Source of the DNA: Eledone cirrhosa
Lineage: Eukaryota
NCBI GenBank assembly: GCA_964016885.1
Contig: OZ024740.1
Coordinates: forward strand, 71,548,001-71,612,000
DNA: 64,000 nt
Direction: 5' to 3'
The first letter of the stretch is position 1, and every line of letters begins with the position of its first letter. Positions 1 through 12,496 of the stretch are shown here, piece by piece. Below the pieces are notes generated by a model. That model searched no databases. It had not been told where the DNA came from and was given only the letters and a program-made list of their open reading frames with translations. Both the position numbers and the translations under genes were made by a program.

Positions 1-412
1 ACCAATCATTCGGTATGAATCCATTTAGTATGGTGTGAACCACTGACCCAGATGCTTTCAGCATCTCAGCAACTATTGCCGGTGGACCAACTATTTTTCT
101 GGTCTTCATATCCTTAATTGCCTTACTACACTGATGCTGACTTGTACAGCTGGGTCTTCTATTGGGTCCACTTGGGGTAGGCTCTTTTTCTCCCATGCAT
201 TCTCCTCATTCAGTAATCTTTCATAATAGCTCCTCCATGGTACTTTCTTTTCAGCATCTGTGAGGGCAAGCATGCCTTTATCATCATGTACACACTTCTC
301 ACTAATGACATCACAATTTTCCCTAACACACTACCTCCCAATCCTGAAAACTTCATGTTTCTGGTCTTCACACTACAAAACATGCTTGAATTTTTTATAT
401 TCTGCTTTCTGA
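1..412 (-). mobile_element. RTE-clade LINE fragment (region upstream of the RT), degenerate
   Basis: Minus strand is homologous to 46650-47060 and 34630-34880 (…EENAWEK…IKDMKTRK…GPPAIVAEMLKASG…); ORF 210..590 ends in text resembling ORF 46900..47139. Confidence 0.8.
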
Positions 413-451
413 AGACACACACACGCACACACACATACTCACTCATGCGCG

Positions 452-487
<36 letters not shown>

Positions 488-673
488 CATATATATATAT
501 GTTATACATATATGTTATATATGAATGTATGTATTCGACCATAAACCACAAAAACCATGATACCTTCCAGCTGTTGACTGAGGAGTGCACTGTGTTTTGT
601 TTGTTTTTCCATTGCCTTCACCCACTGTGTTTAATTTATTGTATGATCTTAGACATGCAGGACACTTTTTCAA

Positions 674-740
<67 letters not shown>

Positions 741-1235
741 CTAGCAGCAGTACCCAGCGTTGCCTGGGTAGGTAAAATAATACCTGCTTTGATGAAAAGG
801 TGTTGATCTTAGCGACTGCTTCTTGATGACTCATCTATGGCCACACACAGGCCATGCGGAGGAGGGTGGTGATGACCTCTATCACTGAGAAACGCGGGTG
901 ACTGACGATGTTTATGCGTGTGTGTGCATGCGTGCAGCGTTCCACAGAAAGTAAAAACTATCAACATGTGTGAGTGTGTGCGTGTGTGTAAGTGCACGGG
1001 TACGTGTGTAAGTTTGCGTGCATGTGCGTGTTTCCATGCATGTGTACGTGCGGCGTTCCACAATCGCCACGCAGTTTATCTGTCTGTGTGCCTGTCTGTC
1101 AGTCTAACATACACAGAGTTGTGAAGGGAGTAAATTAGATAAGCATGTTATCCATATCCCTATTAATTTGGCATTTGTATAAACCATTTCAAGTAAATAG
1201 GGACCTTTTTTACATTGACGGACAATTTTTATATT
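741..1235 (-). mobile_element. Non-autonomous Helitron-like element (3' end at 741)
   Basis: Minus strand ends in a hairpin (TACCCAGGCAACGCTGGGTA) followed by …CTAG|T, the Helitron 3' signature. The 5' boundary is uncertain. Confidence 0.5.
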
Positions 1236-1252
1236 AATTATCTATATCTATA

Positions 1253-1599
1253 TCTACATATAATATAAAAGATTGGAACTTCCATCATCCTTTTGAGAAA
1301 CGTGGAACAACCACGTCTATGCAATGATACACGTTTTACAGTCAGGCAGAAGATGAACCATCTCCTAGCGGTCACTATTCTAGGTGGGAGCACATAGAAT
1401 TGTTCATATACTATGCACAAACGGTACAACGAAGAATGTGGTATATCTGGAAGATTTTTAAAATTGTTTTTTGTATCACACAGACACCACGGACTCGCCT
1501 CAAACTGTAACCAGACAAACATCCAATACAGTCATTTTCTCTTTTACCTGTCTTCTCTTATCATCTGTTTACCCGGGCGAAGCTGGGTACGTCAGCTAG
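1253..1599 (+). mobile_element. Non-autonomous Helitron
   Basis: A|TC start (TCTACATATAATATAAAAG), subterminal hairpin ACCCGGGCGAAGCTGGGT, and CTAG|T end at 1596-1600; inserted between A and T with no TSD. Confidence 0.65.
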
Positions 1600-1849
1600 T
1601 ATATATATATATATATGAAAAAAGACTTCACTTGTAGTTCTAAACAATTTGATTTAATTTTATAATATAATTTTACAATTTAGTTTTGTAGAAGATCTAC
1701 AAAACTAAATTGTCTGTATATATATAAAATTAACTATGTCTTCCACATCATCATTGAAATCATCATAATCATTGTCATCATCATCGTCATCATCATCATC
1801 ATCATCATTGTCATCCTCTTCGTCATCATCCACAACATCATCATCCTCT

Positions 1850-2845
1850 GGGAAGCTTGATTGACACAGTATGCAACATAAAGCTAGGATGGCACAGTAT
1901 GGCAATGGTGAGATATGGTGGCAAAACAAGGCATTTCGAAGCTAGGTTGCTGCACTATGGCACACTATGGGACTGGGGAGCTTCAGTGACACAGTGTAGA
2001 AATATGGAACTAAGATGTCACAGTATGGCAATGGGGAGATAATGTAGAAAATTATGGCCCTTTGAAGCTAGGATGCAGCACTATGGCACTGCGGCACTAG
2101 GGTGGCACACTATGGGACTGGGAAGCTTGAGTGACACAGTATGGAAATTTGGAACAAGGATGAATATATAGAGCTAGGGTGACACCCTATGGTAATGGGG
2201 AGATAGTGTGGGAAAATATGGCCCTTTGAAGCTAGGGTGTTGCACTATGACACTGCGGGGTTGGGTGGCACACTATGGGACTGGGAAGCTTGAGTGACAC
2301 AGTATGGAAATTTGGAACAAGGATGTCGCAGTATGGTAATGCAGAGATAGGGTAACAAAATATGGCACTTTGAAGCTAAGGTGCTGCACAATGGCATTGC
2401 GGAGTTAGGGTGGGACACTATGGGACTGGGGAGCTTCAGTGACACAGTATAGAAATGTGGAGCAAGGCTAACACACTACAGTAATGGGGAGATGGGGTAG
2501 CAAATTATGGCACTTTGAAGCTAGTAGGGTGCCGCACTATAGCTTTGCAAGCTAGGGTGGCACACTATGGAACTGGGGAGCTTCAGTCACACAGTATAGA
2601 ATGTGGAGCAAGGCTAACACCCTATGGTAATGGGGAGATAGTGTGGGAAAATATGGCACTTTGAAGTTAAGGTGCCGCACTATGGCACTGCGGAGCTAGG
2701 GCGGCACACTATGGAACTAGGGAGCTTCAGTGATACAGTATGGAAATATGGAACTAAGGTGTCACAGTATGGAAATGGAGAGATAGGGTGGAAAAATACG
2801 GCACTTCAGAGTTAGAGTGCCGCATTATGGCACAGTGGAGCTAGT
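1850..2845. repeat. Tandem repeat, ~145-bp unit, about 7 diverged copies
   Basis: (C/G)ACACTATGG(G/A)ACT recurs near 1960, 2106, 2268, 2415, 2561 and 2705; each unit is built from ~20-bp sub-repeats (CTAGGGTGGCACACTATGG-like). Confidence 0.9.
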
Positions 2846-3421
2846 ATATATATAAAATTATACCTCACAACAGAAATCTCAAAGGACAGCGAGGGCTGGC
2901 ACGATGCAGTGCTGATGAATATCCGACCAACAACATATATGGTCTGACTTTTCTTCACCATCACTGCACCCCCCTCCCACCAATGCCCTCTCCACCATTC
3001 ACTCCTTAGCTGCTGCCCCCTTAAACGCCCACAGATACCTTCACTATAGCACCCTAGTAACTACTGTTTTCATTCCTTAAAACCTCTTCACCATCTCACC
3101 CTAGTAACTACTGATTTCACCTTGATACACACCACCCATATACCATCTACTATTACCCCTTAGCTATTCTCTCCATCACTACACTTCCCTCCCTCATTCC
3201 CGACACTGGTGAGTGCCACTCCCACCTAATCGCTAATGACCATTATCCATGCCCCCACCTCCACTACTTCAGTGTTCTCATCACCACATTCCCTTTCCCA
3301 TTCATCACTGTCAAATCACACCGCACTTGCCGTAACTTCACAATTTTCTCCCTCCTATGACCACCCCACACACAGGGCAGAGAAGGCTTTTCTGTTGGGG
3401 ACAAAGGCCAGTCCGATACAC

Positions 3422-3734
3422 CAGTGCTTCTCAAACTATCTGATGTGGCAGACCGGCATTTTTTTTTTTTCAATGTACCACGTACCGCTAATATTTCGTA
3501 GTAATATTAATTTATACCGGAAACGATATATATAATGAATAAAATAATAGTTGACCATTTTTTTATCTTCTATTTATTTTGTAAACAAATAATACAATAT
3601 CAAAACATATAAAAAAGTAATAAAAAAAATTCCTCAAATGATTCCTTAGCATGGCCTGGATACTGGCCGCGTACCGGTAGCTGATGGCTCGCGTACCAGC
3701 ACCGGTCCGCGGACCACCACTTGCAGTAGCACTG
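3422..3734. mobile_element. hAT (Charlie-like) MITE with perfect 8-bp TSD
   Basis: Imperfect TIRs CAGTGCTTCTCAAA / TTGCAGTAGCACTG; TSD CGATACAC at 3414-3421 and 3735-3742; subterminal CCGGTCCGCGGACC motif. Confidence 0.9.
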
Positions 3735-4483
3735 CGATACACCATGTAAGGTGGTTGGCGACAGGAAGGGCACCCCTCTATAGAAAACATGCCTATAAAC
3801 AAAAGGGGTTGAGAGTATCCTTCGGTCATGTCACGGCACCATAACCTCTCTAGTGTTGGTGATCTACACGTTAAACGAACCCAGTACACGCTGTGAAGTG
3901 GCTGGTGATAGGAAGAGTATCCAGCTGTAGAAGGCTTGCCAAACAAAGGGTTGGGAGGACCCTCCAGATGTGTTAAAGGCATGACAACCTCTCCCACACA
4001 CTCGACAGAACGTAAGACCATACATGAGATGCAGACCCGCCACTCCAGCATGTTTGGGAGATTAGTAGATCTGCTTCAGCACTGATTAATTGGTAGCACA
4101 AGAAAAAATCATATCAGAGAGGGAGCATATAAGGGGGTAAGTTTAATTGATAGTACTCGAAAAAAAATCTAAGAAAAATAATTATTTCCCACTGAAATCG
4201 GTAAGGAGGTGAAGGTGGGGGTGAAAAGTCCGAGGATCCCTTCTCTCGCCCCCCTTTTTTCTTCGGGAAAAAGTCCTTTAGCATATTAGGAATATGTTTA
4301 ATTGACAGTATATGAAGGGAAAAAAATCAAATCTAAGAAAACAATTATTTTCCACTGAAATCGCTGGGGGTGTTTTTATATAATAATACCCCTTTTTCTA
4401 TCAACAAGCTGAAATAATTCTCAAAAAAAAAAAAAAGAAAAGGAAAGAAAAATAATGATTTCTACTATAGAAAATTTGCGGAG

Positions 4484-4620
4484 GGAAAAGTCCATTAAAT
4501 CGACCCAGTGCATTACTGGTGCTTTATTTTATCGACCCTGTAAGGATGAAAGACAAAGCTAACTTCAGCGGGATTTGAACTCAGAACGTAAAGAGACGTA
4601 ACTCTATGCCAATCCACCGT
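4484..4620 (-). mobile_element. tRNA-SINE family B, partial copy
   Basis: Shares the central block (TTTATCGACCC…AAGGATGAAAG…) and B box (GAGTTCAAATCC on minus) with 48916-49110 and 60605-60784. Confidence 0.75.
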
Positions 4621-5070
4621 TTGCAATAAAGAATATATTTCCAGAGGTTGCCGCTGGAGAAAGTATCTCAGCATGTCGCCTCACAACAAAAAGAAAGTGA
4701 TGCCATTCCTCGGTATAACTCCGCCTGATCTAGTTGAAATGGAAAAACTTGCCACGTCCAAACTAGGTTTGACAATTATTTGTTGTGGGGAGTGGTCGGC
4801 GCTGAAGCGGTATGACGACAGTTACGCCCCCAAATTCTTTTTTGCTTTTGTAACCATTTAATTTTTTAATCAAGGCTGAAAGTAACTGAATTGGTTGGGC
4901 ATCTTTGTTTCAAATGTCTCACTTGGTAAACGAGTTTAGTTTGAATGTTATTCAAGGTTTTCTGTTTATTGTATTGATTTTTAACTTGTAGGTCGTACTC
5001 ATTGGGTATACTTCTTGAACATCAATTTGGTCGTTCACGATGTGATAAGTTTCCAGAGCCCATCCATTAC

Positions 5071-5120
<50 letters not shown>

Positions 5121-5555
5121 AAAAAAAGAAATAAAAGAGAAAACGACGATTGTCAAATGAAAAACAACAACAACAACAAAAAACAGGGGTGTAAGAGAAT
5201 AGCTGCACACTCAATCACACTCATATTAACAAGGAGCACTGGAGCCTCCTAATCATTTTTTAGATGTAATTCTAAATTTTAGGTTCATCGACTCTGTTTG
5301 ATCCGTTACCTTCATATATCGACCGACATCTCATTCTCTGTCAGTATATCATTGAAGGCGTTTCTTTGAACGGTTGGTTCTTTGATAAAATATTAGCGTT
5401 TCAGCCATTTTTTATCTCAGATTTTCATAATTATTCACACGAACAAACAGAAAAGGCCTGGCTGTTACGAATTCAAAATAACTAATATAATACGAAATCA
5501 CAATTTAATCGATTTTATTAGTTTTTATTTAGAATCTTAATTGACTAAACCGAAA

Positions 5556-6413
5556 ATGCGGTATGACGTTCGAGAATCTCATTATCATCAATGTTCTAGA
5601 AGAGAAAGCAACATTCATATTTACTCAAATGACAACGAAAGTCAAGCAAATGAAGAATGTTCATTAAATATTGCAACTGATTTTGATATTACTGACATTG
5701 ATTATTTTGAAAACAGTGCAGAAAATTATTTCAGTTTTAACGAATGCGAAACAGTGACAGAATTTCAAAATCTTTCTCGAATAGCTGGATACGAAGCGGG
5801 ATTTTACTGCCAGTGTGTTCCAAATGATGTCTTTTGGCCACATTGCTCCCACCACCCGTCATGGTATCAGGAAACTTTCACTTCTCATATTAACTCTTAC
5901 AATCAAAGACATATCGGGGTATTCAAAACATTTAGTAATGTCTGTGACCAAGAAAATTACACATGTAACGAATGCGGATGTCCTTTAATACATTCGCCGG
6001 GCTACATGCACGAAAACTCACACAACTGGATCCATCCTACTAACCAATCTCAGAGTTGTTGCTATCGTGAAAATCTAGCAGGGCCTCAGATGACAATAGA
6101 AAAAATATATAGCAACTTGAGTTATACTCCCTATGATCACAAATCGTCGTATCCTAACGAAGAAAATTTTATCTGGCATCAAGTCCCAAGATCTTCTCAA
6201 AGTAATCACAATAATCAGGAATGTTATTACAATCTGGACTACGATAATTCTTCATTTCAAAACGACGATTTTGAAGAGTTTGTCACCTGGTTCAAAGATG
6301 TAAGTCCAACACAAGACCAAAAACAGTTTCACGTATGGGTTTGTAATACCCCCACGCAAAGAAGAAATCAAGAATACGAAGAATTCCAGGTCGTCATGGA
6401 AGATTCTGCTTAA
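5556..6413 (+). CDS. Uncharacterised intronless ORF, 285 aa, rich in Asn/Ser/Glu/Gln/Tyr/His/Cys
   Basis: 858-nt open frame in unique AT-rich DNA; AAAATG context at 5553-5558; in-frame TAA just upstream (5538); pyrimidine tract plus AG at 5521-5532; AATAAA near 6563. No recognisable domain. Confidence 0.5.
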   Translation: MRYDVRESHYHQCSRRESNIHIYSNDNESQANEECSLNIATDFDITDIDYFENSAENYFSFNECETVTEFQNLSRIAGYEAGFYCQCVPNDVFWPHCSHHPSWYQETFTSHINSYNQRHIGVFKTFSNVCDQENYTCNECGCPLIHSPGYMHENSHNWIHPTNQSQSCCYRENLAGPQMTIEKIYSNLSYTPYDHKSSYPNEENFIWHQVPRSSQSNHNNQECYYNLDYDNSSFQNDDFEEFVTWFKDVSPTQDQKQFHVWVCNTPTQRRNQEYEEFQVVMEDSA

Positions 6414-6764
6414 AATTCAAACCTCTATTTACTATACAAAAGAAAATAACAATTAAAAAAAAAAGATGAAATCCCGGACTTTACAGTCTCATAACAGAAA
6501 TTGTTCAAAACCTATAGTAGACAGTTCGATTCACTTTGGTTTTACGCATGCAGTAATTATTTAATAAAAGGTAATCCTTATTTTTAGGATCAGAGACAAC
6601 ATCCAGTAATTTCCGTGACTGAAAATGACAAAAAAAACAACAACAACAAAAACAAACAATAGCCATCGTAATCTTCACCTTCGAAAATGTATCCCTGCAA
6701 AATATGTATTATAAAAAAAGAATTATATAGAAACAAAATCTTATTTATATAATGTTGGATCACT

Positions 6765-6955
6765 GTCGTTTCTGACGGCGAGTGCTCAAGTTAATTCGAT
6801 CAACGGAACTGTCTGTTCATCAAATTAACTTGTAAGTGGCTGAGTATTCCATAGATACGTGCATTCGCACTCATAACGAGGTTCTCAGGGAGATTCAGCA
6901 TGACACAAAGTGTGACAAGGCCGGCCCTTTGAATTACAGGTACAACTCACTTTAA
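6765..6955 (-). mobile_element. SINE-like repeat fragment
   Basis: Shares GGAAC(T/A)G(T/C)CTG(T/A)TCAT(C/G)AAATTAA…AAGTG(G/A)C(T/C)GAG(T/C)ATTCCA with 29195-29255; family and strand assignment are tentative. Confidence 0.45.
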
Positions 6956-7096
6956 GCCATATATATATTGTGGTAAAAAAACCGGGAGTTTATATCCGTA
7001 GTAAGCAGAGGACGAGTTCGGTGAAAAGCGCGTTCTCGACTATGGCTTGCTAATTTGTTGTGGAACTAAATCGCTTTCTCTGTGTATGTATGTATG

Positions 7097-7161
<65 letters not shown>

Positions 7162-7596
7162 TGTGTGTGTGCATAAATACAGCCTAGTACCCCCACCTGT
7201 CTTTGTTTCCTCATAACTTTTTGAATAATGTCTAGTTTGCAGATACATTTTTGATTGAGTAGATTACTAGTATATTTATTATTATTATTAATTGTCATGT
7301 TCACTCATGGAAATTATTGGAAGTTGTCTGTGATCTTAAAACGAAGGATTACCCATTAAGATTTAATACAATTTGTTATATTGAAGTATCAGGTTGTGCT
7401 TGTGAAGGAATTTGGCCATTGACTTAGTTATCATTGGCGGTGACACTATAAATATTTTGAGGACAACACCAACATTGCTTGAGGGAGTGTGCAAGTAGCT
7501 TTTTCTTTGACTCGTTTTATACTTATTGTCTATGTACTTTGTTTTTAAACAAAATATATATCAATACTTCTTAAACGTATTATTGGTTAAAGATTA

Positions 7597-7810
7597 GGGC
7601 GGTCGGTTGGCAGTCTTTAGAGCGTCGGACAAATACTTAGCAGTATTCTGGCTCTTTATATTCTAAGTTCAAATTCTGCGGAGGTCAACTTTGCCTTTTA
7701 TCTTTTCAGGGATCGTAAAATAAAGTACCGGTGAAGTAGTGGGGTTGATTTAATCGACTTTTCCTTTCCTTAAAATTGCTAGTCTTATGCCTAAATTAAA
7801 AACTTTTATT
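7597..7810 (+). mobile_element. tRNA-SINE family B, diverged copy
   Basis: GGGCGG…TTGGCAG head, GTTCAAATTC B box and GGTCAACTTTGCCTTT…ATAAAGTACC central block. Confidence 0.75.
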
Positions 7811-8836
7811 AGTTGGGGTTCACGGTTGGAAAACTCTTATTGTGTTGACATTTCTTTGTGCCAGCGCTTGACTCATGATTTTAGCGCATGAACTGAAGAA
7901 GAATCGGATTGTATACAAGTTTAGAAAATGTTTCAAACTGTAAATTCAAGATAACCTCTCGGCGCCCTCTTAAAAGTGTGTATTTGTTTACTACAATCGA
8001 GCTGACCAGAAATATTGTTGCCATTTATATCACCAACGATTGTTATGCTGATAATTACCCTGTATCAAATTCAGACTTGCTAGCCTCTAAAAACCCAAAC
8101 GGGGAGTACCATGAAAAAAAGTGCCCCAAAACGAGGAGAAATGAGGCAAAATGGGGAGATTTTACATATTGAAAGCTGTACACATTTTGACAAGAGAAGA
8201 CATCTCTCAGCCACCCCAAAGTGGGTGGGAGATCTCCCCGTTGAATGGGGAGAGTTGACAGGCCTGCAAATTATATTTTACAGCAACTTATAAAATAGAA
8301 TAATGCTTCGTAGCTTTCAATACTTTCTGATATGATATTTTATCATCAATGAAATGCAAAACGGTTGGAGTAGCAGAGTCGGTAGAGCGTTGGTTACGTC
8401 ACTTTACGCTCTTAGTTCAAATTTCCCGGTTTAACTTTATTTTTACTCCTTCGGTAGTGCATAAAGTACTTAACTGGAGCAATTTAATTGATTATACCCT
8501 AACCTCGAAATGTATGGCATTTTGCCGAAATTAACGTTTATTGTTAATGAGATAGGGGCAGTCAGTGATACCCCACTCTCTCCGATATTATTTACTCTAC
8601 GTTTCAAAAAAAGGAAATTCAAATATCTTGTGTCAAATTCAATGTTCATGCGAATGCGGCCTACATAGCCTCTGCTGGGTCTACTTGGTTACCATCTTGT
8701 TTCCATGCATTCTCCTCATTCAGTAATCTTTCATAATGGCTCTTCCATGCTACTTTCTTTTCAGCAAACATGGCTAAGCATAACAAAATTGCCTGGTGTG
8801 CTCCCAAGATGTTGAGTGAACAGAATATCACTGTTT

Positions 8837-8933
8837 ATCACTTCTCGGCCTTTTGGCTAAGATCAAAGTGTAGTATCTGTTCTCATCAGCTTAATATCTG
8901 ATACGGTCCCTATATGGGACCATCGATATTAAA
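8837..8933 (+). pseudogene. RNU2: U2 snRNA retropseudogene, 3'-truncated before the Sm site, with TSD
   Basis: ATCACTTCTCGGCCTTTTGGCTAAGATCAAAGTGTAGTATCTGTTCTCATCAGCTTAATATCTGATACG matches the U2 5' half including the branch-point recognition GTAGTA; stem IIb is GGTCCC-TATAT-GGGACC; direct repeat ATCACTGTTT at 8827-8836 and 8934-8943. Confidence 0.93.
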
Positions 8934-10029
8934 ATCACTGTTTATAAATGGAAAGTAAAAGAAAAAAGTACACAGAGTACCCAGACATTCAAAACAAGAA
9001 AAAGGAAACCCAAAACAGCGACATTGCATAGTACAAAGCATTTTGTCTGATGCTTTACCAATACTGCCAACTCACCACCCTTAATAATGATTTAGTAATA
9101 ACCATTGATTTAGTAATAACCAATGAAAATTTGCTGAAGTATAAAAAATTACTTTATATGTTTGATATAACTGAACATTTTGTGCAATGCTACCCAGTTG
9201 TCCTGGATTTAAAAGGATTAAATAATCCCTAAATGAGTTCATATTAAATAAGCTATAGCTTCATATTAAGTAGTCCATAAGTTCATATTAAGTGTTAAAA
9301 TCCCCATCAGAAATTTTTTTTTTTAAAGGATAATAATTTAGAGAATAGAGATGACAAAATTATTAGATTTTCTTTTACAATTAGACTACTGTGGAAATTG
9401 AAATAACTTTAAAGCAATTTAAAAGTGTCTATAGTAGCCATTTATATTGAGGACTGGTTTTTTTTTACCAAAGGGTGGGGGCACTGGATGGCATTGCCCC
9501 CCTACTTTTTAATGGTGCACCCTCAGATTTAGAAAAATTCATGCTTATTTTGAAACTCTACTTTATAATTATTGTAAATTATAGTGCCCACCGAGAATAT
9601 TCTGACCCCCCCCCCCATTCACCGAGGAGACTCGGACTGCCGCATCACATCTTATCACATATTTTTTACATTGTCCTAGGCTAACATGCCCAGCTCTACT
9701 TCAACCTGAACAGGATATAGATGTCTCATTGTAAAGCCTATATATGTATCTCAATAAGTGGTTGTGTTTAAGGAAAAAGATTGTGGGTAGTGTAATTTGA
9801 TACAATGCTGTTCCAGAAGATCAAGCACAAGAAAGTTTCATTGCAAATTTTACCATAATAACAACAGTCTTTCTTGTTTAGATTTACATATAGCAAACCC
9901 TGTTTAACATCTGGAAGAACTTATATTTCCTTAGCTTAGATCAAACATTGGTGAAGGTTACAATGTTGATATCATAAAACAGACTAACTACTAGGTTATC
10001 TCATACTACTTTATTATTTTTTCTACAAT

Positions 10030-10245
10030 TGTGGATTGGCAGAATCAGTAGAGTGTCAGACCAAATCCTTCACGGCATAGAATTATGGCCCTTTACGTTC
10101 TAATTTGAAATTCTACTGAGGTTAACTTTGCCTTTCATCCTTACGTGACTGATTGAATAAAGTACCAGTAAACACTGGGGTTGATTTAATCGACTTTCCC
10201 TTCCCCTTCAAATTGCTGGCCTAGTGCCTAAAGTAGAAACAATTA
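10030..10245 (+). mobile_element. tRNA-SINE family B with TSD
   Basis: TGGCAGAATCAG A-box-like head, central block, 3' end GCCTAAAGTAGAAACAATTATT; ATTATTTTTTCTACA repeated on both sides. Confidence 0.8.
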
Positions 10246-10879
10246 TTTTTTCTACATTGGAGATAGTTTAGATAGTTAAGGCTAGACAGTGCCAGACTAA
10301 ATGAATTGTAAACTTAGCTTCATCTAAATTCAGATCACATTGAAACCAAATTTACCTTTCATTCTTTCAGAGTACTTAAAATATGTACTATACTGGAATT
10401 AATACTGTCAACTATTTCTCTACTCTTGAACAGCTGTTTTTGTGCTTAACTCCTTCATGACTCTTTTTCTAATAAAATACATTGCTTATACTTTTCAATT
10501 AATTTTGAAAATAAGCAAAAACTATAAAGGGATCTAATAAAATAACCTTTTCATTAGTAATCTTATCTGGAAAATAATGTAAAATATAATCTAAATAATT
10601 TAAGCGAAGTGATTTTAAGAAGAGAAATAGATTGGTTGTAATGGGTTTATTATATGTGTGTATGCATATATATATGTGTGTGTGCATATATATATATATG
10701 TGTGTATATGCATGTATATATGTATGTATATCATCATCATCATCATCATCATCGTTTAACATCCATCTTCCACGCTACCATGGGTCTATATATATACATA
10801 TGTGTATATAATATATATATGTGTGTGTGTGTATGTAAACCATTGGTACTAGAAGTGTAGTGGGTTAGCAGGCAGACTA

Positions 10880-11330
10880 AGAGAAAACGTAAACTTTGTA
10901 AGTGGTAGGTGTACAAGGATAGTCAGTAATAAGAACATTAGTAAAATATATATTTTCCAAACCCAAGAAGGATCCATAGAAGTGGTTGATAGTTTCTAGT
11001 ACCTAGGTAACCTAATTAGTAGTGGCAGAGATTGCGCTGACAGCATAGTAGCTAGCGTAAGAACAAGATGGAAAAAAGTTCAACTACTACTTCTGTTGAC
11101 AACAAAAGGTTCTCCCTATGAATGACAGGCGAGTTGTGTGATGCCTGTGTGTGTGATGTATAATGCTGTATAGAAGTGAGGCATAGGCAGTGAATATGTG
11201 TAGGCTAGAGGATATGTGAAGACTGGAGAGAAATGAAGCAAGTATGCTTTGATGGATGTGCAATGTAAATGTTTGTGGACAACAAAGCATGAATGAACTA
11301 AGAGAAAAACTGGGCATAAGAGGAATCAGT
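10880..11330 (+). mobile_element. Degenerate RTE LINE fragment (RT thumb / C-terminal region)
   Basis: Decayed homology to 35770-36100 (…YLGNLISSG…SIVASVRTRWKK…RLERNEASML). Confidence 0.75.
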
Positions 11331-12496
11331 TCAATCTGTAAGGTGGTAGTGTTAGTGCCTTGAAAAAAGTTCTCAGTACATGCTGAAATGTGATTGGCAT
11401 TGGAAAAAGGATCCAGCCATAAAAAATTAATCCTGAAATGTATCGTATGAGCAAAACATGGTCATCTGACCAGTCAAACCTCAGTATGTGGCAGCCCATG
11501 AAAACATGGAAATTAGACATTAAATGGTGATGATGATAAACCTGAACATTATTGCCAGTAGACTTAATAACACTCAACAAATCTCTGGTTGACAATAGTT
11601 CAACAGCAAAAATGAGACAATCATTGAGTACATGAACAGATTTGAGAATTTGCTGGAAATGTTAAGAAAATATTTCTTGAAATGAAAAAAAAAATTGATT
11701 TTTTTTGTCTAAATAAGTTACACACTTGGAGATAGATTCTAGCTTAGAAAATGTGTAATTTGTTAGATAATTGAAACAAACTTATTCTGTATTATTTGTG
11801 ATCCTATATGTCTTTCCAATACTGGTCTGATTTCTCATTAATGAATTCATAAGGCCAGAGAAAAAGTTGACAACAGTATGTTCATGACAATAGATTACAT
11901 CACATGCAGTTCATGTGGAAGGTTTGTTAGTGGATTAAAAAAAAAACCACTTGCTATTTATCAGAATACACTCCTGCTCAGTGATGTGCACATATAAAGC
12001 TTTGTATGGTCTGCCAAAAGACATGCAGGAGTCTGGTCGGCTTAAAAGAGTTATTGTCAAAAATGATTCTTTTTTTTTAGTGATGGTCTCTTTGACATGA
12101 GTTGACAGCCATCATATATATATGCTTGGGGGTAGGGGGTTTCTTCTCTGAAGGCCTTTTGCTGTCCAGCTCCCCTGAGAGTTTCTTACCACTATGATGA
12201 TATATATATATATATCATCATCATCATTTTACATCCACATTTCCATTCTGGCACCAGTTGGACAGGATGTTTTTGATGTCAAACATTTAGTCACTTCTTA
12301 TGCTATTTATGGATACATCCACTTGTGTCATCTTAAGCCATTTAAGGATAGATCCACTTTTCCATGTAGGCATGGGTTGGACAGGATTTCCTGATGTCAA
12401 CCTTTTAGTAATCTTTTATACCATTTAGAGATACAGTGTACTTATTCTAAAAACTGGGATATAAATATGAAGGGCTTCATGTGGTTTCCATCTACT

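Noticed and set aside
1705-1929. Poly-Asp ORF on the minus strand
   Set aside because: It is a degenerate (TCA)n trinucleotide repeat with no other coding evidence.
8837-8933. Functional U2 snRNA gene
   Set aside because: It lacks the Sm site and 3' stem-loops and is bounded by a TSD.
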